DNA of 64,000 bases, taken from the NCBI GenBank assembly GCA_001724265.1, contig MEDY01000187.1, positions 1 through 64,000 of the forward strand, read 5' to 3'. The notes beneath the pieces were generated by a model that saw only the letters and a list, made by a program, of their open reading frames with translations, had not been told where the DNA came from and searched no databases. Position numbers and translations under genes: made by a program. This stretch comes from Rhizaria sp. SCN 62-66. Its lineage: Eukaryota. Below, piece by piece: positions 38,645 to 49,700 of this stretch; the stretch's first letter is position 1, and every line of letters begins with the position of its first letter.

Positions 38645-39195
38645 CTGCCGTTGTTCGCCGCGGCAGCGGCAGCGGCACGGGGGTTGAACACGTTGAGCTT
38701 CACCGGCGCCACCGACGCAGCCGCAGCCGCAGAGGCAGCAGCGGGAGCAGGCGCGGGCGCGGAAAGCGACGAGGACGTCGGCGCAGCGCCAGCGGCAGCC
38801 GGGGCGGTGGAGAGGGGTTTGACGGGCGCGATAGGGCTAGGGCTCGCGGCGGCTGTGCCCGTCGCGGTCTTGGTGGGCGTCAGCACGGGGGCCACAAGCG
38901 GAGTCCCGGCGCCGGAAGCGGCTGCAGCCGGGGGCTTCGCGGCGGTGGTGCCGAAGCTGAACCCACCGGCGGGCTTGGCCGGGGCCAGTGCGGCGGCGGC
39001 AGGGGCAGCAGCAGCGGCAGGAGCAGCAGCGGGGGCTGCGGCGGCCGCGGTGGGGGCGAAAGTGAAGCCGCCAGCGGGCTTAGCAACGGAGGCACTGGCC
39101 GCGGGAGCGGCAGTTGTGGGTCCGAACGAGAAGCCGCCAGCGGGCTTGGCCGCGGCGCCAGCGGGGGCGGAGGCACCGCCGAAAGTGAAGTTCAT
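23854..39195 (-). CDS. Giant Nup188-like nucleoporin (~5063 aa) with N-terminal FxFG-type repeats; exons 39195-25802, 25651-23854
   Basis: N-terminal FTFG and GGFSFG repeats. MYYFTERAALLSLLQAIV...HFYHDAA and GPLQLAWA recall the Nup188/Nup205 N-terminal solenoid. AT-rich 150-nt GTACGT...TGTAG intron at 25652-25801. Ends in TAA. Confidence 0.6.
38587..38640 (-). repeat. (AGC)n coding trinucleotide repeat encoding poly-Ser
   Basis: Near-perfect ctg run on the plus strand; about 18 consecutive Ser in the nucleoporin ORF. Confidence 0.9.
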
Positions 39196-40058
39196 GTGTG
39201 GCGGGTGAGCGGAGTGCTCAGGGGCGCGGACAAAGGCGGGCTTTGTGTGTCAAGTAAGAGGAGCCGCAAACAGAAACAAACACCCGCGTGTGCGAGGCGT
39301 TACTAAATAAGCGTGGTCGCGCTGATCGGAGCGAGGAGCGCACAAGCTAGGCGCGAACGGTTGAGTCGGGGTTGACGCGGCGACAAGGCGGGAGGAAGCA
39401 CAAAGAGTGTTTAGAGACACAGGAGAGTGAGAGACAGTAAAAAAAATGGCGGACAAATACGGGGGCAACACCAGAATGCAATATAGGACCACGACCTGCA
39501 GTTGGAGCCTTAGGCGTGGTCTCTAGCTTCGAAGCTGTTTGCCAGCGGACAGATCAGTTGGGTGGTTGAAGGTCAATCTCATGCACGAGGCAACGAGCAA
39601 TAGTGCTGTGACACAACACCAATATAAAAAACACAACGGACTACCAGGTTCATGAACTTAAATCTCAAACCACTCACGGTTACCCTTCCGCAATCAAATT
39701 GGAGTGAACGAACTCCGACCTCGGTCCGCAGCGTTGACCGCGCACGGCTGGCGCGCCTGGTTCCTAAAAATCCAGTCAGGTCGGACCGATTGATCACTTT
39801 GACCACCCTCATCCGCAATAATACGATCGTCAATAAAATCAAAAGGGGTGTCTTAGGACATATAACGTTTTATTTGCTATATTTATTGACTTACGTGCTC
39901 ACTCGTGCTAATCTTTCTGTACATCTCACTCCTCCCCCGCAATTCCATCGCCACAGGTTTGCTTGACCAGACCAGACTCTCGCCGCCACACCATAGCTCA
40001 TCGTCCTCTCGCTTGTAAGCGACCCCACTACGGCACGAGAGCCGACTGCTCTGGTGCT

Positions 40059-43000
40059 ATGCTCTTCTCAGGTGCTGTGGCTACAAACCCTCACGGCCCT
40101 CCGCTGCCGCCTGCAGACAGCGCAGCTCCGGTCCCTGCGCCCACTTCATCGTCCTCGTCTTCTCTCTCCGCCACCGCGGCCACAACATCGCCTCATGCAA
40201 CAACGACATCGCCAGACGTCTCCACACCTCACTCACGCATGGCGAAGCCCCACGCGACAGCTGCCGACGCTTCTGCTGCAGAGACTGCTGCGCGGTATTC
40301 CCCGGCGGCCCTGTGGCGCCGCGCGTCGCGCTATGTCCGGGCGACGCCCATCTTCCAGTTCTACTCCTACCTCTACCACCGCCGCCCGCGGCTGCTGCTC
40401 GCCTCTATCCTCGTTAACTACGCGCTGCCCATTGCCATGGAGGCGCTCCCGTGGTTCCTTTCCCTCCGCAAGCTCGCCTCGGCGCTGCGGTCGACGCGCA
40501 ACGCGCTGCAGCACGACGTCGTCGCAGCGCGCCCGCTCTCGCAGACGGCAATGGCGGCATACGCGCTCATGGCGCTCGCGCACACGGCGATCCAGACGAC
40601 GGAGAACACCCTGCGCAACCGGGTTGACTACGAGCTCCGCCTCGTCGTTCGCAGGCTCGTGCTCGAGAAAGTCGTATTTTCCGAGCTGGGCGCGCTCCAG
40701 AGGTCCTACGTGCGCGCATTCAACGAGACGGTCAACCCCGTGCTGCTTGAGGCGCGCATCTCGCTTGATCTGTACGATACGCTGTATTTGTTCAACTTTT
40801 TGATCCCGAATATCCTCCGCGGCTCAGTGGCAGTGATGCAGACCTTCAGCGAGCTGCTCACGCTTCCGCCGCCAGTCAACGCCAACAACAACACTGGCAT
40901 TGGCTCGAGTGCAAGTAACGCGAATGCGAGCTTGCGTGCTCATCGTGTTGTCCCAGGCTTTTCTTCACAGCAACAACCACAGCCACAACAAGCTCCAGCA
41001 GCGACAGCAGAAGTCACAACAACAGTGACAGCTGACACACCGCAGTCACAATCGTCGTCGTCATCGTCGTCTTTGCTCAAGTCTTTGCAAGCGCAATCAC
41101 AACAGCCACAAGTCCCGGCGATACAATCACAGTCACACGTTCTGGCCTCACCGTCACAGGTTCCGTCGCCGCCGCAGCTCGCGTCGCCGGCGGGCGAGCT
41201 GCTGCCCCTGCGGGCGGGCATCTGGGCGGCGCCCGCGACGCTGATTCGGCCCCTCGTCATCGGCGTGCTGGGCGAGGTCGTTGACTCTGTGCGCGCGCGC
41301 TACGGCCGCGACGCGCGCACTACGGCCGCGCAGGCCACCGACGCCGCCATGGGGCAGGTGCTTGCCGACGCCGTAGACGGGCTCGCGGAAGTGCAGGTAT
41401 GTCTAATGGACTCTCGCAGTGAGGATTGTCACGTACCATATTAGAACTCCATGTTATTGCTTATTGTCTATATCACTTGTGTAGGGAATATTTTCTGTTC
41501 ATTTCAACTTTATTTTTGCTGATTTATCCCTTCTTTTATAAACTTAGGCGAACAATCTGCAGGAGCACATCCTGTCGGTGATGGACCGCGTCTCTGTCGC
41601 GGATGTCAGCAACGCCCACGGCCTCCGCGCGGCGGCAGACCGCGCCGTGCAGAACTACGCCTCGCGCGGCGTGTTTGACCTGCTGAGCGAGCTCTGGGTT
41701 ACGCAGAGCGTGATGAAGGAGCACGGCATCGACCACGAGGCGTACCGCAAGCTGGCGCTCGACGTTGGCGCGGTAACCGGCACGGTGCGCAAGCTGTACA
41801 ATCAGTGCCTGCAGGTAAAGAGCGTGTTTGAGTCGCAGACGCGGCTGATGACGCTGCTGGGGATGCCCTCGTTTCAGCACGAGGAGGACCGGCACGCCTG
41901 GCGCAAGAGGCTGCAACTGAAGCATAAGACGGAATCACGCGCAGAAAGTGTTCCTAATAGTGCCAACGATGACGCGGATGATTGTGGCAATGATGATACC
42001 ATCGTCGATTTCGAGGTTCTGACGATCGGTCGGCTTAACTTCGCGTTCCCCCGCATGCCCACGGTCACTTCCGACCCCGACAAGGCCGACCGCAACTTGG
42101 CCAAGGAAGCGCGCAAAGCTCACTTGTACGCTTTATCTCTTGATGATAGCGACGGCGTTGACAAAATCACCCATAACACCGATCTCCCGGCTGCTGACTC
42201 GGAATCAGACACAGAACCCGAGACTGAGGCCGACAACAACAAAGCTGACAACTCTATCGTCGATAACACTGGTTCCAACAATGTTACAAGTAGCAAGCGC
42301 CAGCGGCAGCGGCGGCGGCTTGCACTGTGCATCAACGGTGTCCCGCCCACCTCCATCGCATCGTCACCAGCCTCTTCGTCACTGGCTCAGACACCTCTCC
42401 AGGCACGGTCGGCTCGACGCGACCCGCTAGAGTTCCGCCGCGGCCGCGCATACGCCGTCATGGGCGCCAACCGCAGTGGCAAGTCGACGCTTGTTAAGAT
42501 TATTACTCGCCTTATTGCGCCACTGCCTCTTGACGCTATCTCAGACGCACGTCTCATTGCAGCGACTCCTGAGAATGTTGCCTGCGGTACCAATGCTACT
42601 GCCGCAGGCGATCACCTCGAGTTCGACTCCGCTTTTGCCCCCGCTTTGTCCCGCTATCCGCTGCTGCTTAACGGCCGGCCCTTCGCCTCAGTCCCGCGGC
42701 GCGCGTGGCGGCGCGCGTTGTCCTATGTTAGCCAGCGGCCGTACCTCTTCCCGGGCACGGTCGAAGACAACATTCGCTGCGGACTCCGCGGCAAGACGCG
42801 GGCCGAGGTGGCGCTGGCGGCCGAGATGGCGGGGCTGCTGCTCAGCAATAACGACAATGACAACGACGGCGACGACGCTGGCGATAACAACCACCACAAC
42901 GCCGACAATGGTCAAGAGGCGAGTCGCATGTCTGATGGCTCTGCGGCTGTTTCTGCTGGTGGCGCCAATGGGGTCGTCACTGATGATCAGAGCGCCTCTA

Positions 43001-44217
43001 GCGCTACGGCTGCCAAGCCTTACAGGCCTTGGGAGAAGCGTAACCTTGACACCCTTACACGTGCTGTCGGAGTACTCACATCCGCGGCTGGGCTATTAAC
43101 ATCTAAGATCTCGACTGCGACCGACACCGTAACGACAGCGATCATCGGCAGCGCACCGCAAGCGACAACAGTGAATAGCAATAGTCCTCACACTGCTAAT
43201 GTGACTAGAACAAACGTAGGCGATGCTATTATGAGTAGTGACGATGGTATTTCGAGCAGTGGCGGGTTACTGGGTTGGCTTGATAGCAAGCTTTTGCTCT
43301 CAGTTCCAAACTTTGACACAAGCGCCACTTGCGTGAATCCCACCGACGGCGACAGCGTGATCAGTCAGAGTAACACTGCGCATAGCGTACACTCTTACAC
43401 CATCCACGGCAGTACTTGTACGGTGAAGCCCACTTCTACTTTGTTTGACCCTCTCGTTAGCATGAGCTCTAGTGCGACTGCAACTGCGAACGCGAGCTAC
43501 AATCAACACAACACGGACTACTCGAGCAGTCTGCTGCCGAGCCCGACAGATGAGCTGGTAACGACGGCTAGAGGAACGCTTCGAGTTGCTATCGACACTT
43601 GGGATCTCTCAGCCACGAAGGCTGAGGCAGAGACAGATGCAGAGGCTGGCGCTGAGGCAGAGATTAGTCCTGCTGCTGATGCGAGGGTTGAGAGATTGGG
43701 CATTGATTGCGATGCGGTTGCAACACCAACATCGAGCCAGCGTCTCAACCAACACAAGTACACCGTCACTCCAATCAAGGGCTTTAACATCAGCAATGCG
43801 GCTCACACAGAGGAGAGCACTGCTGACCCAGCTTTTGCCTTTGCTCACGCTGACTTAAGTAAGAACACTATTAGCCGCCGCGCAGGCCGCTTGCTGGCGA
43901 CACCCATTGCGCCGAACGGGAGCAACATTTCCGGCGGATTTGCACAGTCCATCGCCCTTGCGCGCGTGTTTTTGCGCACCAGTGCACAAATAATCATTTT
44001 AGACGAGGCCTTCAGCCAGATGGACCCCCGCAAAGTGGCATTTGTGGTGCCCAATGTGGCGCGGTTCGCGAAGCAGCAAAACGCGATGCTTCTTGTTGTG
44101 ACCCACCATATCGAGCCTCTTAAGGGCTACTTGGACACTGTCGTCGAGATGGAGGGCGGGAAGGTGGCCAAGGTGGTGCCTGCTGCAGAGTACACGGCGC
44201 CGTCAGGGTGCACGTGA
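40059..44217 (+). CDS. ABC half-transporter-like protein (divergent membrane domain + NBD), ~1335 aa; exons 40059-41396, 41548-44217
   Basis: Walker A GANRSGKST, Q-loop LSYVSQRPYLFPGTVEDNI, signature ISGGFAQSIALAR, Walker B IIILDEAFSQMD, switch VVTHH. 151-nt GTATGT...TTAG intron. Start codon uncertain (40059 or 40239). Ends in TGA. Confidence 0.85.
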
Positions 44218-44656
44218 CTGCGTGGCAATATGTCGCCGAGATGAGAGCAGCCAAGTAATGTTCCCCGGGATGCGCCAGTTTCCAAAAAGAGTTACATAGT
44301 TCAATAATTTATTTAGTTGTCTTGATTACAATACACGTCTGTCCACATCCATGAGGAGTGCAATTCGTAAAACCTCAACAGGCAATTGAAGAATCGACGT
44401 CTCCAAGTGTGTTTTAACTCAGATTGTGGAATCATACAAATGAAAATCTTGGGATTACTCTATTTCTTCTTATGTATGACACAACATAACATCATATTGT
44501 TACTTGCTAAAATATAACTATAAAAACATAATCATGTTCATGCGAGAACGTCATCATTTGCGCAACATCACACTTAAACATTTAAACAAAACAACAGTTC
44601 GCCAGCGACATTTCCAGTGAGTTGGGTGAACCCACTTGCTTGCTGCAGCCCACCGC

Positions 44657-46046
44657 TTACTGCGCCCCGCCCGCCGCGGGCTCGAGCCGCTCCTCGTGCC
44701 TGAGCGCGCTGATGAATGAGTCAGCGGCCTTCTTGTTGGACTTGCCCAGCGCCATGCCCTTGATGGGCTTCTTGGCGGCCAGCGACTGCTGCTGCTGCGC
44801 CAGCATCGCGCCTTCGTGTTGCTGCCGCTGCACCTGCTCGGACCGCAGCGCGGTCACGGCCGCCGCAGCCACGCTGCTCGCTGCCGTCGCCGCGGCCGCG
44901 GACTGCGCGTATTGCTGCTGCTGCTGGGACGGCTGATGGTGCTGCAGCTGCTGCTGGCGGTCGCCGCCGTCGTCGCCGTGCACGCCCGCGGCGCCCGCAG
45001 CGGCCGCGGCCTCGTACTCCGCGTCCTCGGGGAAGAGCGCAGCGTACGGGTTGACCTCCTCCTGGTCCGTGGAGCCAAACCCGCGGTAGTCGTTGCCGCT
45101 GCCCAGCCCGCCGTCGTAGCCCTCGCGGCCGGACGCGCCCGCCTCACGTAGCTGGTCCTTGCGCCTGTCGATCTCTTCCGCGCGCGCCTGCATGATGCGC
45201 TCGACTTCCTGAGAGCGGTGTTGATGAACATAGAGGAAAACAGGACATACAAGATGTGAGGGATTGATCGTCAAACGACACAGATAGGTACGTCCATGCT
45301 ATAGGGGTAATATGAAAGCAAATTAACTATTATGAACACATATTATAAATGCATTACCACAAAACCTACCTGCATGAGCGACTTTTGGTTGATTTTCTGG
45401 AGACGCTCCTCGTGCGAGTCCATTTCGAGGAACGAGTGTACCTGCTGCACCGTCAGCGGCTCCTTGTACCCGCTCGTGATCACCTCGTCAAACGCAAAGA
45501 AGATGTTGAAGGCCGACTGCGTGACAAGCTCGGGGGAGGGGCAATCGCCACACTCCTCTGTGACGAGCGCGCAAAGCAGGCGCAGCGTGTCGAGGTCCTC
45601 CATGATGTCACTGTTCTTGTTCGTGATGAGCAGCACGACGACTTCGTCGAGGTTCTGGTACACGTAACGCACTTGGTCTGTCTCGATGAACGTGTGCTGA
45701 GAAGAGGCGTCCAGGAGCTTAGGGAAAGCCTGCGAGGAGGAAAGCAAAGCAAAGCAAAGCAAAGATTCAACCACACACGGTACACTAAGTGAGATTTCAT
45801 ATTGCGGATCGTCATGTGGACGAGTGCTGTTGGAGTGTGGTAAATAATGTGAAATTTAATACCGTTTAAAAACACGCCGGATGATCAACAATATGAATAC
45901 ATTGACGTAGAGAGTGGTTTGTTGGGATCTGGGCGGACCTGAAGCAGCGACTCGATGCGAACCTTAGGCATCGGGATAAACTGGCGCGAGAAGAGCACAG
46001 CATTCTTGCGACCCTTCTCCAGAATAGAAGCGGCAAGGACGACCAT
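44657..46046 (-). CDS. ARCN1: Coatomer delta subunit (longin domain + helix, no mu-homology domain), ~339 aa; exons 46046-45939, 45729-45370, 45208-44657
   Basis: MVVLAASI...SRQF...RIESLLQAFPKL...QHTFIETDQVRYVYQ...LLITNKNSDIMEDLDTLRL...FAFDEVITSGYKE...EMDSHEERL and KGMALGK match delta-COP. Two phase-0 introns. Confidence 0.92.
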
Positions 46047-46742
46047 TGTGGGCAGGTGCTTGCGGTGAGAGTGGGCTAGTGCCGAGGGCTGGGTGGCTTC
46101 GCGAGGAAGGGCAAGGGAGCGGAGGCTGCCTCAGTCGAGCGAGTGAACGAAACGAGCTGCTTGGAGGACACAAGAGTGGCCTTGTTAAGGGTAGCTAAAC
46201 AAAGAAGATGATGCATAGGATGATATGTACATGTGAGTCCCTGGAAGCACTCAGTGGATGATTTGACCTCTCTGGCAATGGTCTGAAGGGAAGATCAGAG
46301 GTCATGACGAGGAGACGAAGCATGTCATCAAGTCTGGGTATGGCTGGACACATTGGTTTCTCCAGGCGCATGTTTCGTAGTCAATATATATACAAAAACA
46401 CAACGAAGAAACATACAACGAAGAAAAAAAGGACGTGACGTTAAGATGATCGAGATATCCACCACTTTAGCCTGCTGACAAGATAGAGTTGGTAGACTCA
46501 AATGAATTTATTTTTTCGGTCCATGTGCTTAGCCCCGTCAACCAGTCACCCATCTGATTTTGAGTGACATCCAAGGATCATGAAGGAGTGAACCAACACA
46601 TAATGTATTTTCTAACTAATCAATCACGTTTAAAATCTACGCAGAGATTCTATCACATTGTTAAGTCCGATTATAGCGCTCAAAGCGCCTCTCGGTGACT
46701 TCAGCCACTGAGTTACAGCGATGTTCAATCTCAAATCTCGTC

Positions 46743-49700
46743 TCAATTGCTGTTCTCCGTGCCCCCTGCCGGCTCACACAGCGTCAGCGCGGGCCCCAGC
46801 GTCACCTTGAGCCTCTGGTGCATGGCTGCGAGCCCGTCCGGCGCGCCCTCCCTGCTCCAGTCGCCCTGGTACCCGCGGTACGCGTGCTGCTGGTGCGCCT
46901 CGATCGCGCCGCGCAGCGACAGGTGTGCCGGCTGCTGCGCCCACAGCGAGCCCGCCAGCCCGCCGTGCAGCGCCGTCATCGCCCACGCGCGCGTCGCGTC
47001 CGCGGCCAGCGGGTCCCGGTCCTCCGGAGCCCAGCCCACGCCGAGCACCTGTTCACCGATCACAGCGTTGCCCCCACCAGCCGCCCCGGCCGCCCCAGTC
47101 GCGACAGCGGAGGCGGAGGCAGCAGCAGCAGTTGGGTCGGCGGTGGACTTGCGGACGGGCGCGGTGGCAAACAGGGCGCTGTTGCGCGCGGCAGCCGCGT
47201 TGCCGTAGATCTGACCGCCATTTCCGCCACTAGCGGCATTGGTGGGCGAGGTGACCGGTGACTCGAGCCCGGCCGCGGCGGCCGCGGCGGCTGCGGCCGC
47301 GGCTGCGGCGGCCGCGGCGTGCGCGCTGCCCGTGCCCGCGGCGACGGACGCGCGGTGTGCGGCGAACTGGCGCAGCTGCTGCCGCCGCAGCAGAATGGCG
47401 TCCTGGCGGCGCAGGTGGCGGTCCTGCGAGAGCACGCTCGTGTCGAGGCCCATGGGCGTCGCGAGGGTCAGGCTGCAGTTGTAATGCGGCGGGAGCAGGT
47501 TGAGCCGCTTCAAGTGCGTGTGCAGGGCGGGGAAGCGCGTCTCATCGAACACGTCCTCCAGGTAGTATCCCAGCACCGAGCTCATGTCGCTGCTGATGTG
47601 GTGGCCGCCGCCGCCGCCGCCGCTGCTGCCATGCCCGCTGCCGCCGTGGCCGCCGGCCCCCTTGGCCTTGTCCTTGCCGCCCTTGTCCTTGCTGCCGGCC
47701 GCGGCGCTGCTGCCGCCTTTCTTGCCGTCGTTGCCGGGGTGGTTCTGCAGGTTGTGGTGCTCCCGCGCGGCCGCGAGCTCCGCTCTGACCGCCGCGGCCT
47801 CGGCCTTAAGCTTCGAGATCTCCCCCTTGGCGATCATGAGCTCTGTGCGCAGACCGACCTTCTCGCGCAGGATCGCCGCCGCGTCGTCGCGGTGGCGCCG
47901 GGCCGCGGCCTCGGCAAAGGCCGTCGCGTTGTTGGCCTCGCGCACCTGGGCCTCGGTGTAGGCGCGCATCAGCTCCAGGTCAGACCTCGGGGCGGCCTAC
48001 TCGCCAGGCGAGAATGGAACGAATAAAATATGGCATATGAGAACAAAGTAGGATACAAATATTCATGAAAAATAAAGAGATATAATACAGAAGTTAAAAC
48101 TCAATCGATATGCAATGTTTTAGAGTTATCTAAGAGAATCTATAGGATATGTACTCGTTTATGTTTGCGACGTACCAGTGCGGCGACTTGCGGCGAGACG
48201 AAGGACGCGATCGCGGCGCGCAGCTTGACCTGGTCGAGCAGCTGCGCGTCGCGGTTGCCACCGCCGGGCCCGCCGGAGGCCAGCGCGGCGGGGTTGCTCT
48301 GGAACGTGGGTGGGACGGCGTGCGAGAACGAGCGCGTGCGCGCGCTGTTATTATGATAGCTACTCATCGTCGCTGCACTGCTCGGAGACAGCGCCGCAGC
48401 AGTGCTGCTGCCGTCGCTACTGGCCGAGTCCGACGGGCCCAGCGACGGCGACGGGGACACGTGCGACAACACGTTCCCGCGGCGCTGGTGGGAGGCGCCC
48501 GTTGCGGCGCCAACGGCAGCGCTGCGGGAGCCGCCGGGCGTCCCGGGGCCGGGGCCAGGCCCGGGGCTGGGGCTGGCCGCGAGCGCGGGCGTGGACGCCG
48601 TGGGGGGCGTCAAGGTCCCGGTCGCGGGGCCGAGGCTGGGGATCGCAGTCGGCACCGGCGTCGTCGTCGCGTTCGCGGCCGCGGTCGCGAGAGACAGCGA
48701 GGCGAGGGACACGGAGACGCTCTTGGCGGAGACGGAGGTGCTGGCGGGGGGCTGCTGCTTGCGGAACCAGGTCTTGGCCGCCGAGTCTGCGGTGCTCGTG
48801 CTGGCGTCAGAGTCAGAAACAGGGGAGTCAGCGATGGTATTGCGAATGCTATTGCACGCGCTTGCGAGGGCGAGAGTGATCGTAATGCGGTCGCTGTCGC
48901 TGACTGCAGCGGGAATCGAGCTGAGACACGGGTATGCAGGCTTAGCGTTGGCGCTGACAAAAGCAGCAGTGCTCTCCAGAGCATCGGCACTAGCATCCGC
49001 CGCACTAGCAGCAGTCGCACCGTTGTTGCTGCCGCTGCTGCCCCCGTGCTCTGCGACAGTCGGCAGTTTCCCCCCGGCACCGAGTCCAGCGGAGCCCGTG
49101 GCGGCGCCCAGGACGCCCGCGGCCGCCGCCAAGGGGCCTACGCCGCCGCGGCGGCCTTTGGTGCCGAGCCCGGCGCGCTCGCGCTCGACCCCGCGCGCGC
49201 GCGCCTCCCTGGCGGCCAGCGACTCCGAGGTAAGCTCGAACAGCGTCGGCCGCCGGTTGCCGAGCACGGCGTCGGCGCGCTTCAGCAGCGAGCACTGCAG
49301 CCACGGGCCCGGCGCGGACGCGGCGGCAGACGCCACAGCGGCCGCGGCCGCAGCAGCCGCGGCCGAGCCGGCGGTCGTGACGGGAGCAACGCCAGCGGCG
49401 GCGGCGGCGGCGGCGGCGGTTTCACTGGTAGAGACCGCGGGGACCGTGGGGCGGACGGCGACCGCGACGGGCCACAGCATTCCGGGCGGCAGAGTGACCG
49501 TGAGCGCCATGAAGGCGTGCGGCGAGTCGACCGCGTTCAGGAAGGTAAGCCGCCCGCCGTCGCGGACGCTGTTAGGCCGCGACGGCTTGGATTCCGGAGG
49601 CGCGGCGTGGGCGAACACGACGGGAGTGGTGCGGACGCTGCCGCCGGCGCCAGCACCAGCGCCAGCGGAGCCGGCGCCGCCGTGGACCCCGCTGCCGCTG

